A program made the position numbers and the translations under genes. The notes beneath the pieces were generated by a model. The model was not told the DNA's origin, ran no database searches, and saw nothing but the letters and a program-made list of their open reading frames with translations. A DNA stretch of 63,169 bases, filler included, from Octopus bimaculoides (Eukaryota), in NCBI RefSeq assembly GCF_001194135.2. It is 7 parts of 6 records of this genome, joined end to end, with 100 filler letters (N's around TTAATTAATTAA, not from the genome) between each part and the next. Parts side by side here need not be neighbours in the genome. Positions count along the whole stretch, not along the records: positions 34,772 to 40,729 come from NC_068981.1; positions 40,830 to 45,457 come from NC_068994.1; positions 45,558 to 53,219 come from NC_068983.1; 4 more parts are not named here. One strand, written 5' to 3'. Within the stretch, counting starts at the first letter, position 1, and each line of letters opens with the position of its first letter. Positions 35,602 through 47,740 of the stretch are shown piece after piece.

Positions 35602-38600
35602 ATCATTGACTCTCCCGTGTCGCTAGACGACGTTTCATGGTTCGGTAATTTCTTACCGAACAAATGCAGTGTACAACGAACTGTTTCCTTCTCTCTCTCT
35701 TGTTGCGAGCAGGAGGAGGGGAATGAACTACTCTCCAAAAGAAATACAACGGATACTTTCAAGGGCACCCCGAACTACAAAATTAAGGACCTCAAGAAAG
35801 AGAAATTTAAACTAAACAGTCGCAGTTTCGCATCAGCAGCGCGAGTGCAACAATAATCGCTCAACTTTAACGTTGAAGACATAAGGAAAGTGAAGAATTT
35901 ATTACAGAGAAATGGCACAAATGCTAACTTGACCCCCACCCATTCACCTCACGATATACAATAGTGCATTGCACGACAAACGATAATATACAAAACTCTC
36001 TCACTCAAACAAAGATTGTCTATGTAGCAAAAGAAACTATTGAAAAGTGTTTGCAACCAATATGGTCAAGGATCAAATACGTGGCCAGAGTGAAAAAATA
36101 TGGTACTGTTGAGGTGAGGCTCCCTTCGGAAGACGAAGCCAAAGAATACTTCACAGTGCCCCTAAAAACGAACGAGCTGGAGCACCTGCCGACCTACCTA
36201 GGTTGAAGAGTCTGAAAAGTTAAAATTGGGGAGGTGCCCCTAGAGACTGACGGCCTGTGAGTGGTGGAAGCTGTGCTACTCGACATTGAGGACAAAATAA
36301 ACATACTACAAATTATCAAACAGCACCACCAGAACTGGTGGGAGTAGAGAATAACGTTGCAAATCAGAGTACCTAGAACAAATGCCAGACCTGATAGACA
36401 TATCAGATAACACAATACCGTGCGAGATGGTGGAAGGGCGTAGACCCAGGTGCTACTGATGTAGGCAAAAAGACCACCTCAAAGCTTCATACCCACCCGG
36501 AGCAAGAGACAGAAGCCACCCCTCCCCCAGCAAAGGAGACACCCCCAAAAGATCCCAAAACGGCCGACCCGGAACGCACCACAAGCCTCCCCACCACCCA
36601 CCGAAACAGCCAAGACTATACAACCTACAGAAGACATATCAAGTCCACGGCAGCGGACAATGCCACTGTCCCGAATCCAATCTAAGAAACTATTTCACCA
36701 CCCACAGAGGAAGGTCCGCATTCTATGTGACCGGCCAGTATACCAACTAAAACCACTTCAATGAAAGACACCCAAAACCCAAATGATTTACCTCCCACCG
36801 AGTTGGATCCTACTGACAACAGCGACGAATGGAGACTAATACCCAAAAGAAGAAAAAAAGAAAATACTCCACCCCAACACCCCACCACAACACAGACACA
36901 CAACCACCTTCACTCACACCCACAATACTTACACCATCAGCCCCACTGCCAGCTTTGCACACCATACACACAGTCACAAACCACACAGCCATCAACACAA
37001 CAAATATCCCTCGTGAAATACACGCAATAAAACCCCTGCATCACACCGTACAAGTCCATTATTCTGCACTCACATGTCCCCAAGCACATTCAAACTGTAA
37101 ACATAAACAGTGATATTTACATTCAACTAAAAGACAAATACCCCAATGACAGAGGAAATCTGCAAAGAACGTTAACAAAACTCTTATACAACAATTTAAT
37201 TGAGGATATCCCACAAGCCATCCAAAGGGTTTGAGAAAAATCCTTCACTCCCTCTCAGCACACAATGTAAGTAACCCCACCTCCTTTCCTTACTTTTCTC
37301 TCATTTTCTTGCCCAAGCTAGACAGCATAAATGTACGTGGCCTGGTATCGCTTTGGAAGCAAGGATACTTGCTCAACGATCTCAGGTCACTAGATTTGGC
37401 TGTAATAGTCATTAGCGAATCCAGACAGGGCCTCAGGCTTTCTTGCCCCTCTCCGAAGGATATGAGATCTACGCGTTTCCGTGCCAGCCTAGAGGGAGCA
37501 GAGAAACCGCATTTTGTTCCGAAAAGATCTGGATTTAGAAATCAGGACAGTCTTTTTGGACCCAGAGACCAAGCTGGTTGTCCTTGATGTGAATCGCAGT
37601 AATGGTGGTGCTTTCAGACTGGTCGCTGTCTATGTACCTAATGATACTGGACAGTCGGATTATTTCAGGTGCATGGAGGCTTTCCTAGGAACATCGCGCA
37701 TTTTAGTGTTAGTGGGAGATTTCCACTTAATCCTAGATGCACCTGTGGATTGTGTTGGCACAAAAGAAAACAGAAAAGGAAATATACGTCTCGCTCACCA
37801 ACTCAGTTGTTTTCAGCTGTCTGACAGGTATAGAATGGATTTCCCGAATGTGCCAATGTGGATATCGACCAGCTGCATCGGGTCATCCAGGTCTTACTTA
37901 GATAGAGTTTTCATTAGGATAGCAGATAAGGTTATGTAATTTGTTTACTCTTTCATATCTATACAGACCACAAATCGACCTGGATAGATTTCGTAGTGAG
38001 GGCCCTGGTTCCTGGAAGCTGAACACGTCACTCTTGGCATGCAAAGCTTACAGTGACCGCATTAGAGAATTGGTCAAACCGGCATTAACAGGCGCCATCC
38101 TCAATAATAATTGGTGGTATACCCTAAAAAGAGACATCAAAGCCGAATCAGTTAGGTTTAGCAAAGCTTTAGGTTTAGAAAAATCAAAATAGAGGGAAAC
38201 TTCGTTGGGTCACTAGAAGAGGCGCTAAGATCAGACAATGCAACTGACGTGCTGGCAGCGAGAATGGCTCTTGACCAACATCTCAATGCGAAGCGCGAAG
38301 GGTGCATTGTCACGGCAAAGGCACGTGCTATGAGACAGGAGGGAACCAACGCCGCTCGATGGGCCAGAATGGTAGAGGCTCAAGGTGTTAACAAAGCCAC
38401 CGTGCGGTCTTTGGTCGACCAAAATGGGCACATAGTAGATGAACCCGATCAGATGTGTTCAGCCCCCCCAGTGACATTTTACTCAATTTTTCGGGGCGAG
38501 TGGTGGTCCAGAACACAGGATGGACTTCTCGGACATCCTCGTTGGCCTGTCACGACTCTCAGCAAGGAAGGCAGAGCGTTGCAAAAGGCCGATAACGCCG

Positions 38601-40300
38601 CAGAGGGGTAGGATGCCTTGACGGGATGCGCCAGGGGCAAATCGGCGAGTCTGGATGGTCTAACCTACGAATGCTATTATAGTATTCCAGACTTGTTTGG
38701 GGGGCTTCTGGCAAACATCTACAGCAACTGGCAGCAGAATAGAAGCTTTCCTAGCTCCGTGAGTCAAGGGGATGTGATGCTGCTAAGGAAGCACTCAAAC
38801 AAGGGGACAGTATATGATAAATTCAGGCCCATCACTTTGCTAAATGCAGAGTTGGAAACTTTGAGCAAGGTGCTAGTTAAGAGGTTGGCGCTTGTCGTCG
38901 ATAAACTGGTCGGAAATACGCAAACCTGCGCCATCCCGAACAGGACCATCCACGACAACCTCCACCTTATGTGCTACACCATAGATAGGGTGGTAAAGAA
39001 TCTTGGCATAGGAGACGCTCTGATCAATTTGGATCAACTAAAGGCTTTCGATAGAGTGGACAGTCGGTATCTGGCGGCTGTTCTCGAGGTGACCGGTTTA
39101 GGCCCAACTTTCCGTGATTGTGTCACTGCTCTATACAGTAACATTCGGTCGGTAATTCGGATGAACGGTCATCTATCAGAATCATTCAACATTATGCGAT
39201 CAGTCCGCCAAGGATGCTCTCTCTCTTCCCTCTTGTACGTTCTGACCCTTGAGCTATTACTGCAGAAACTGGAGGCTTTGAGGGGCATCACGCGCGAACT
39301 GGGTGCAGGAGGTCCGAGTCGGAATACGCAGACGATGTCACCGTCATAGTATCTATTGACAAGTACTTACAACAAACAGGTGATGTCATAACAGATTATG
39401 AAGTGGTGAGAGGAATAAAAATAAACCGTGAAAAGTCAGTCGGCCTGCAACTCGGCACTTGGAGAGACAGGTCGATGCCGTCCAATAACGTCGTGGGACG
39501 TTGGACGGATAGACCGGTAAAATTGCTCGGGGTCTGGTGCGGTCCGGACTTCCAGGTAGAGAGGAACCGGGGTGAGGTAGCGAGCAGGGTGGCCAGCCTC
39601 ACCAAGAAATGGACTAAGAGGAAGCTATCCCTGAAAGGATAGGTGAATATAGTGAATGTGTATATCGCACCAGTCGTCTATTACCGCCTGACCGTCGTTC
39701 CTTGCCCGGATTCGTATCTAGCCAAGTTACTTTTCCGCTTTCTGTGGACGGGACATGGTTTGCTGGTCAGGCGCTCTATCTGCTGTCAACTGCCGCTGAA
39801 TGGCGTGCTTAGCATGCCTTGGCTAAAAATGCGTTGACATACGCTGAGGCTACGGCATCTCCAGCTCAACCTAGACGGTGAGCGGGTGTGGTTGCCCTTT
39901 GTCAGACGTGTTCTCCCACGGTTCGCCTCTTTTAGTGAGCTGAACATCTGGATTAAGCGTAGACCAAGGTTGGGCGCTTGGCACCTAGAATGTCGACAAG
40001 CGCTCACGCTTCTCTACCAGTCGGGCAACGCGAGCGGTAGGTATTCCACCCTCTTCTTCTATAGAGACTTCGACGATAGTCAACTCGCCAGTCTGTTCCA
40101 GAGGACTTTCGGGCTGGGGCTCATGGATAACTACCTGAAATCTCTGGTCTGGCGGTGCTACTGGGGGCACTGCCTTTCGGGATAAACTCTTTAGGAACAA
40201 AAGTGCAGTCATTCCGAGATGCAAGCGGAGCAATGAGACCGTTTTGCACGCACTCGTCCGGTGTCCGCTGATAACTGACCTATGGATTTATGTCCTAGGA
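35602..40300 (+). mobile_element. Near full-length, decayed Tx1-type (L1 clade) LINE: ORF1 with CCHC knuckle; ORF2 with APE endonuclease, RT and C-terminal zinc finger
   Basis: ORF1 RSFASAA and RPRCY*CRQKDHLK (~36445); ORF2 SINVRGL (37325), LVGDF, YLDRVF, WKLNTSLL, FRPITLLN, LDQLKAFDRV, RQGCSLS, SEYADDV (~39320), RCKRSNETVLHALVRCP (~40225). Many stops and frameshifts. Confidence 0.92.
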
Positions 40301-40480
40301 ATACAACGGAGTGATAGATAACAATCCGATTACATAACATTACGCTCATCGCAGTTAGCCGATATGGAAAGGAATATGGTGACGGCTCTCTATCTCCATA
40401 TTCCTTTCCATATCGGCTAACTGCGATGAGCGTAATGTTATATAATCGGATTGTTACCTAACAATCCGTTGTATTCCTAG
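40295..40480. mobile_element. Young foldback MITE (almost entirely palindromic)
   Basis: Arms 40319-40379 and 40396-40456 are 60/61 complementary around a 16-nt loop; outer TIRs ctaggaatacaacgga / tccgttgtattcctag. Confidence 0.93.
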
Positions 40481-40674
40481 CGCGAAACCGATTGGTGAAA
40501 GTTCAGCCGTGATAGATATCTAATACTGTATATTTCGGATAATATGTCTCCTTTATTCACAGACATACGAGTGTATCTTTCCCTGACATATGGACTCTTA
40601 GACAACTCACGCACGCACGCACACGCTGCCACACAATTTATAGTATACTAAAATAGGTTCTTCGCGTCTTGTGC

Positions 40675-40729
<55 letters not shown>

Positions 40730-40829
40730 NNNNNNNNNNNNNNNNNNNNNNNNNNNNNNNNNNNNNNNNNNNNTTAATTAATTAANNNNNNNNNNNNNNN
40801 NNNNNNNNNNNNNNNNNNNNNNNNNNNNN

Positions 40830-40884
<55 letters not shown>

Positions 40885-41174
40885 GTATAATGTGTGTGTG
40901 TGTGTGTGTGCGTCTAAGCGTGCGTGTGTGCGTAAGTTCCTCCGTGTCTGTGTTTTCGTTGACACCGTTTAAAAGTCGATGTTGTTTAAGGTTCCGTCTA
41001 TCTTTGTTGTATATCATTTTATGTAAACTATGACTATTACGGCATCTATCCTAAGTGGAAGTCAATAGCCTTAGCTAGGATTATTGAAATCCTGCGTTCA
41101 ATGGGGTGCCTGTCACGAAATGCGGAAGAAGAGAATACAGGGTTATTAATATTATTATTAAATTCAAATTACGA

Positions 41175-41462
41175 CAAACGTAAACAAACAAACGAAGTTT
41201 GCTTTTAGAAGCGTTGAGATGTCTTAGAAAGTTAAAGAAGTGATTTTAAATTCTCAATTGCAGGATAATGCTAATAATATAGCCTGAACAGGATAGACTA
41301 TTTTGCAGAAAAAAGTGTAGGTGGTTAGCTGTGGACTCGAACTTACATCTCCGTGATTACGCGTCACGATGCTCTGACCGATTGAGCTAAACTCCCCCAC
41401 TACAGATTCCTCTGCAAATTTAAGATGTATAGAAATCTCGCTTTATGAGACGCTATCATATG
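41175..41462 (-). mobile_element. Retroposon with an internal tRNA-like domain, flanked by a 17-bp direct repeat
   Basis: ttaaattcaaattacga at 41158-41174 and 41463-41479; tRNA-like 41398-41322; (TTTG)n-like 3' end. Confidence 0.7.
41322..41398 (-). pseudogene. tRNA-like pseudogene or SINE head (Thr-CGT-like loop)
   Basis: A box TAGCTCAATCGG, D arm GCTC..GAGC, anticodon arm CGTGA-CGCGTAA-TCACG, B box GTTCGAGTCC, ends in CCA, T6 run 7 nt later; acceptor and T stems poorly paired. Confidence 0.65.
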
Positions 41463-41479
41463 TTAAATTCAAATTACGA

Positions 41480-41494
41480 TTATTATTATTATTA

Positions 41495-41556
<62 letters not shown>

Positions 41557-41650
41557 TCACTTCCTTAATGCTTTTGCTGCTCAGCTGAGTTCTCTTCTCT
41601 TGTCCTTGGTTATCTGTAGAGTTTTGTTCTGTTTTTGTGTTATTTGTTCT
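41480..41650 (-). mobile_element. 3' end of an RLE-type LINE with (TAA)n tail
   Basis: Reverse complement resembles 42990-43110 (caaaactctacagata..ccaagg). Confidence 0.55.
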
Positions 41651-42129
41651 TGTTATTGAGCTATCTGATAGGATAAACTTTCCACTCTGCTCGGTCGAAC
41701 TTCTATCTAACTAATGGACCTTTCCACGTGTACTCTTTAAAAAGAGTGCTAAAATACAAGACATAGGCACACCCTCTTTCTATGCGTACTCTCTGAAACT
41801 CCTATATATACAAGAGCTTGCCACATATTCTTTTGAGAGCTTGCTCCCTGCTAAGAATTATTTTCTATGCCTACCCTCTCGAAAAAGTGATAATATATAA
41901 GAGAAATGGAAGCACTGTAAAGCAGCGTATCATAAAAATCCTCAAAGAAGTGAGCTAATCCGAATGGCTCATGTAGATCAAATTCCTTCAAAAACTTCTT
42001 AAGGAGCAGGTGGTAGTGTTAAATCAACCTTTTAGTACTGTCACTGAAGAAGACACAAGAAAAAGAGAAATGGAAAAAACTTAACTATGTACATTCATTA
42101 AAAAAAAGAAAAAGATCAAGGGTCCTTCC

Positions 42130-42335
42130 CGAGCCATAAGCTCCATTCAGCTAGTTTCTCCGGATTCTGTGGCGTATATATTCATCTCTTGGAGGGGACA
42201 TAAGTCTGTCGCAGGATTATTCACTTTGGCCAGCTGAGTGGATTGGAGCAACGTGAAATAAAGTGTTTTACTCAAAAACACAACGCATCACCCCGGTTCA
42301 GGAATCGAAACTGCAGTCTTACGACTATGAGTGCA
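42130..42335 (-). mobile_element. SINE family C variant
   Basis: ccagctgagtggattggagcaacgtgaaa...caggaatcgaaac. Confidence 0.7.
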
Positions 42336-42525
42336 ACATGCAAACTCCGTATGCACGTCAGCATGTAAATAGGCAGAAAACAAGAATAGGAGAACAAAAG
42401 AGGAATCCAATGAGGAAACAAAATACAAAAAAATAACTCCCGAATTATAGTGGAACTACAGCGGAACGATACTAATATTATGGAATATAAATGGGAAAAA
42501 ATGATAACACACACACACACACACA

Positions 42526-42562
<37 letters not shown>

Positions 42563-42639
42563 ACGCGCGCGCGCGCACACACACACACAAATGCACACGC
42601 ATACATGTATCACATGACACCATAAAATGATCACACTCT

Positions 42640-43058
42640 GAGAAATGGCGGCTTCAGTCAGACAGTGAATTGAAGGCATTATCCATTGGGTATTATTGAC
42701 AAGGACAATTAAGAAACGAAATGTCTGCTGATCGATGCATCAATTCCAATGCACAACGATATATTGCTGAAATAAATGCAGTAACTATCCAAATATAAAG
42801 AGCAGGAAATAGAAATATCCACAAGATGGGAATTGAAAAGACAATTAGAAAAGATAAAAAGAGACACATAGCAATATTCGACGGAAACGGGGAAGATTAC
42901 GCACATATACGCGTCCCATAAACAACAGCACTATTAGGCACTCCCACACACGTAGTGTGTGCAGTAATTTCAAAAAAGAAAAGACAAACATAGAAACTAA
43001 AACAAAACTCTACAGATATCCAAGGCCCAGAGAAGTGATCTCAGTTGAGTAGTGAAAG

Positions 43059-43112
<54 letters not shown>

Positions 43113-43125
43113 TGATGATAATAAT
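42640..43125 (+). mobile_element. R4/NeSL-like (restriction-like endonuclease) LINE 3' fragment with (TAA)n tail
   Basis: IIDKDN..CLLIDASIP..LSKYKEQEIEISTRWEL, the RLE motif region. Confidence 0.7.
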
Positions 43126-43134
43126 CGTTTCTAC

Positions 43135-44330
43135 TATAGGCACAAGACCTGAAATTTTTGGGGAGGGGACTAGTCGATTAGATCAACCCTAGAGTTTCAC
43201 TAGTAATTAATTTATCGATCCCGAAAGGATGAAAGGCAAAGTCAACTCCGGCGGAATTTGAATTCAGATTGTAAAGATGGACGAAATGGTGATAAGAATT
43301 TCGCTGACGATATGAGCATCTCTGATCACGAGCAGAAGTAGTCGGGGAGCATCGTAGCCATGTGTTGAGAGGAATTTTTTGGGGTTTGAATAATTCACCT
43401 TCTGCCCGTGTTCAAATATGAACATATCGTCAGCCACCAAGAAACATGTTCAACTGGTTAGGCAAATCTGTGATATTGTGCACATATATACCAGGAGAAA
43501 ACATATACATGATAACACTTCCAATCAGTTAAGATGAGAAGCCATGAGAGTCAGTGCCTGGTACTACATCAGGGCATTTATTATTGTTGTTGTTGTTGTC
43601 GTTATTATTACCGGCGAGCTGGCAGAATCGTTAGCACACTGGGCAAAATGCTTAACGGTATTTCGTCCGTCTTTACGTTCTGAGTTCAAATTACACCGAG
43701 ATCGACTTTTCCTTTTATCCTTTCGATAAATTAAGTTCCAGTGAAACACTGAGGTCAATGTAAACGACTAATCCTCTCCCACCAAATTTCAGACCTTGTG
43801 CCTTTAATAGAAAGGATTATTATTATTATTATTATTATTATCATTATTATTATTATTATTCAGACAGTGATCTGGAAGAATAGTTAGCACGCCGGGTGAA
43901 ATGCTTAGAGGTATTTCGTTTGTCCTCACGTTCTGAGTTCAAATTCCGCTGAGGTCAACTATGAGTTTTATCTTTTCGGTGTCGATAAATTAAGTACCAG
44001 TGAAACACTGGGGTCGATGTAATCGACTAATCCCCTCCCCCAAAATAGCTGCCCTAGTGGCAAAATTTGAAACCATTATTATTATTGCTGCTGTTATTTT
44101 TGTCATCGTTGTTTTTTGTTGTTGCTTTTGTTGTTGATATTTTTAATACTAAGGCGACGAGCTGACAGAATCGTTAACGAGTCGGACAACATGCTTCGCC
44201 GTATTTCTCTCGGATCTGTAACCAGCTTTTATCTTTTATCCTTTCGGGGGTCGATAAAAGAAAGTACTCGTAAGGTACTGATGTCGCTGTAGCTGATTAA
44301 CCCCATCCTTTCTTCAGATAAAATAATTCA
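43135..44330. mobile_element. Cluster of four family-B SINEs (43135-43310 minus; 43612-43810, 43865-44070 and 44150-44320 plus) separated by (TTA)n
   Basis: Repeated ggcgagctggcagaatcgttagcac...gttctgagttcaaatt...gtcgataaattaagtaccag. Confidence 0.85.
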
Positions 44331-44579
44331 GTCATAGGACCTGTTGTAGGAAATGAAAGCTACATAAGGTCGACGGATTGGAAGAGTCACTAAAGCACCG
44401 GAGAAAATGTTTTACGGTATTTTCCGACTTGTATACGCTGCCAGTGGTTCAAATATCACCAAGCTCCTCATTACAGTGGCGGTGATGAGCTGATGATAGA
44501 AATATTGTAATTGAGGATTATGATGATAACGAAAAGCCTGATGATTTCCAACCACTTCGACCACCGTCATCACCGTATC

Positions 44580-44582
44580 CAT

Positions 44583-44642
<60 letters not shown>

Positions 44643-44725
44643 CACTACCACCACCACCACCACCACCACCACTACTACTACTGCCAACAGCAGCAACAGC
44701 AACAACAACAGCGACAACAACAAAA
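44580..44725. repeat. (CTA)n-(CCA)n-(CAG/CAA)n compound trinucleotide repeat
   Basis: Direct inspection. Confidence 0.97.
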
Positions 44726-44867
44726 GCAATTTTAACGTGTACAACAAGAAGCATCAGGGTAATTTTCTACTATCATTAGTGCCACTTTTTTAATTAAACA
44801 TGTTGAAATGAGCTGCAGACTAAGAAATCGATTGAGCAATTTCGTAAACAATTATCCTTCACGCATA

Positions 44868-44917
<50 letters not shown>

Positions 44918-45077
44918 CATACACTCATATGTGTGGACATACGTACAGGTGTAAGCAATTTTTGCGAGCGTTGTATATACGTGTACCGGTGTGTGTATGC
45001 TCGCGCACACTCATATATATTCATATATCATGTCTAATTAGCTATGTATATATTCCAATAGATTATATAAATGTATG

Positions 45078-45119
<42 letters not shown>

Positions 45120-45121
45120 CC

Positions 45122-45170
45122 TACATACGCTGATGAAGGGTTACTACCCAGGAACTCGGGTCTATGTGTA
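45122..45170 (+). ncRNA. Hammerhead-like motif (extra A after A9; GAAA changed to GGAA)
   Basis: CUGAUGA-A-GGGU-uacu-ACCC-A-GGAA-C-ucgg-GUC-UAUGUG; imperfect stem I with upstream uacaua. Confidence 0.5.
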
Positions 45171-45410
45171 TTATCACATAACGCTAGAGATGGGAACGAT
45201 GATTTCCCTTAGAAAATACTTATCAAATACAGGGAGTGTGTAGTAAGCCAGCTGAAGGAGATGTTTTCCTGAGGCTATAAACAACAGTAGCATCGTCCCG
45301 TATAGGTCCACCACATTTAGATGGCAAATAAACCTTCACGATTCCGTGCTACTACTATTTACTTCTTCTCACTCAGAGATTTATTATTTCTCTCTCTCTC
45401 CCTCTCTCTA

Positions 45411-45457
<47 letters not shown>

Positions 45458-45607
45458 NNNNNNNNNNNNNNNNNNNNNNNNNNNNNNNNNNNNNNNNNNN
45501 NTTAATTAATTAANNNNNNNNNNNNNNNNNNNNNNNNNNNNNNNNNNNNNNNNNNNNAATATGTATAGGCGTAGGCGTGTGCCTGTGTCGTAATATGTCT
45601 GCTTCTG

Positions 45608-45840
45608 AAGGCGGCGAGCTGGCAGAGTGGTTAGGGACGCCGGGCGAAATGCTTAGCGGTATTTCGTCTGCCGTTACGTTCTGAGTTCAAATTCCGCCGA
45701 CATCGACGTTGCCTTTCATCCTTTCGGGGTCGATAAACTAAGTACCAGTTACGCCCTGGGGTCGATGTAATCGACTTAATCTCTTTGTCTGTCCTTGTTT
45801 TCCCCCTCTATGTTTAGCCCCTTGTGGGCAATAAAGAAAT
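45608..45840 (+). mobile_element. SINE family B, full length
   Basis: ggcggcgagctggcagag...cctttcggggtcgataaac...caataaagaaata. Confidence 0.88.
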
Positions 45841-45844
45841 AAAA

Positions 45845-45985
45845 AGTCTGCTTCATAACCGCATGGTTCCGGGATCAGTCCCACTGCGTGACACCTTGGG
45901 CAAGTGTTTCCTACTATGTCATCGGACCGAACAAAGCCTTATGAGCGGAATTCGTAGACGGAAACTGAAAGAAGCCCATCGTATA
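45845..45985 (+). mobile_element. SINE family A, 5' half, into whose (TA)n the Gypsy element inserted
   Basis: ggttccgggatcagtcccactgcg...gaaactgaaagaagcccatcgtatata. Confidence 0.8.
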
Positions 45986-45987
45986 TA

Positions 45988-47740
45988 TGTTTTATATCCT
46001 TGTATTGGATATTTAATACAACGAAGCAGGGGTAAAGAAAGTATTTACACGACATACTACTATTACTGTAGAGGCGCGTGGCTTAGTGGTTAGAGTGTCG
46101 GCACCATGATCGTAAGATTGTGGTTTCGGTTCCTGGACCGGGCGACGCGTTGTGTTCCTGAGCAAAACCCTTCATTTCACGTTGCTCCAGTCCACTCAGC
46201 TGGCAAAAATGAGTAACGCTGCGATGGACTGGCGTCCCGTCCAGCTGGGGAACGCATACGCCATTGAAACCGGGAAACCGGGCTCATGTGCCTGGCTAGG
46301 CTTTAAAAGGGAGCATTTATTTTTCATGTTACTACTATTACCGTTACACGAGACTCAACGCTCCATATCAACAGTTCACAATGAACTGAAATTTTTTCAT
46401 GTATCTGTGTTTATTATCGAGATAACGCTGCCCGTATCCAATTGTAACTTTGTGTTATTAATTTTTACAAGCACAAATTTCCTTTGAAACTCGTTCGTAT
46501 TTTTTGTCATCGATAACCGTTTGGGCGATTTTTTCTGTTGAACCGTTTTTTAGGTTTTGTCCTACAGTGTGACTTTTTATGGCCTATTTTACCATACTCG
46601 TAGCATTTTATATTTTTAAATGGACAGTTATTGTTAAAATGTAGACCACCGCACCCATAGCATGGATTCGGTCTTGATATTTTTTTCTTATCCGATACTG
46701 GTTGAACTTGAGAGCAATCTTTCTCTTCAATTTTATTTGCGTCATGTCGTAGATTTACAATCCTCTGACATTCTTCTGCTACTGCCTGTAAAGTTAGATT
46801 TTGGTCCTATTCTAAGTTTGTTAATATCCGAGTTCGTGTATCTGTATCTTTGCTCGCAATAAGCCCTTGAACAAAAATTAAACACTTGAACATGTCCGGG
46901 TCAACTCAATCAATTTGAATTTCTCACACTCTCTGTTAACCACTCTGGCATAGGTGACAAAATCTTCATCATCTTTTTTGACCAAATTCAAACACTGCTA
47001 GCAAGTACTGAACAGAGAATTTCTTTCACTGAAAACTTTCGATAAAATATTAATTGTTTCATCGAAACAAATCTCATCTGGTTTCTTCGGTAGCATATAA
47101 TTACTATATTTTTCGAGTTCGGCAGGGAATAACTTTCTTAAAACTTTTTTGTCGTCGGACCAACTTTGACACTCTTCTTTGAAGATATCTTCGTATCTAC
47201 GAAAATATGCAGGGAAGGTAATCTTTTCTTCTGGGCTGTGGCTGAATTCTTCAATTGAATTTACTACGCTGTCTGGCGAGTAGGAATCCGAAGTGTTTTC
47301 AGACTCCTTCAACATAAATTCCAGCCGCTGTTGGTCTAGTTGTTGTTGCTGTTTTAGTTGTTGATGTAACTGCTGTTGCTACTGCTGTAGTTGTTGTTGT
47401 TGTTGTTGATGCTGCAACTGCACCACGGAGGCCAATAAGTTCTCCATATTAAATGATTTTTTTTTTTTTACTTTGGTTTCGTACCCCCAAAAATTTAAAC
47501 GTCAAACGCAAACTTTGAACAACTCGTCGCCACTTTTATATCCTTGTATTGGACATATAATATAACGAAACAGTGGGGAAAGAAAACATTTACACGACGC
47601 ACAACTATTACTATTTACCAACGGTTCATAGTGAACTGCTTACCAACCCGAACTGCCAATCGCTCACAGTTCTTTGCTTTATAACAATGAGTCAGTCCAC
47701 CTTAAGTCATTTGGCGAGTGGTCGGAATCCTTCTACAACA
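45988..47740 (-). mobile_element. Internally deleted Gypsy/Ty3 LTR retrotransposon: 5' LTR, PBS, gag, protease start, partial 3' LTR
   Basis: LTR 47740-~47535 (TGTTGTAG..); PBS TGGCGACGAG 47532-47523; gag from ATG 47447 with poly-Q, FRRYEDIF..YMLPKKP, knuckles CYGCGGLHFNNNCP and CYEYGKIGHKKSHC; protease LDTGS (~46430); 3' LTR ~46390-45988; ATATA on both flanks. Confidence 0.88.
46071..46329 (+). mobile_element. SINE family C inserted in the 3' LTR with a 12-bp TSD
   Basis: TACTACTATTAC at 46055-46066 and 46330-46341. Confidence 0.88.

Noticed and set aside
41322-41398. Functional tRNA-Thr(CGT) gene
   Set aside because: Acceptor and T stems do not pair and position 33 is G rather than U; kept as a pseudogene.
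44412-44754. Poly-V, poly-Y/H/Q and poly-S/G ORFs
   Set aside because: Open in several frames on both strands only because of trinucleotide repeats; no splice or homology support.
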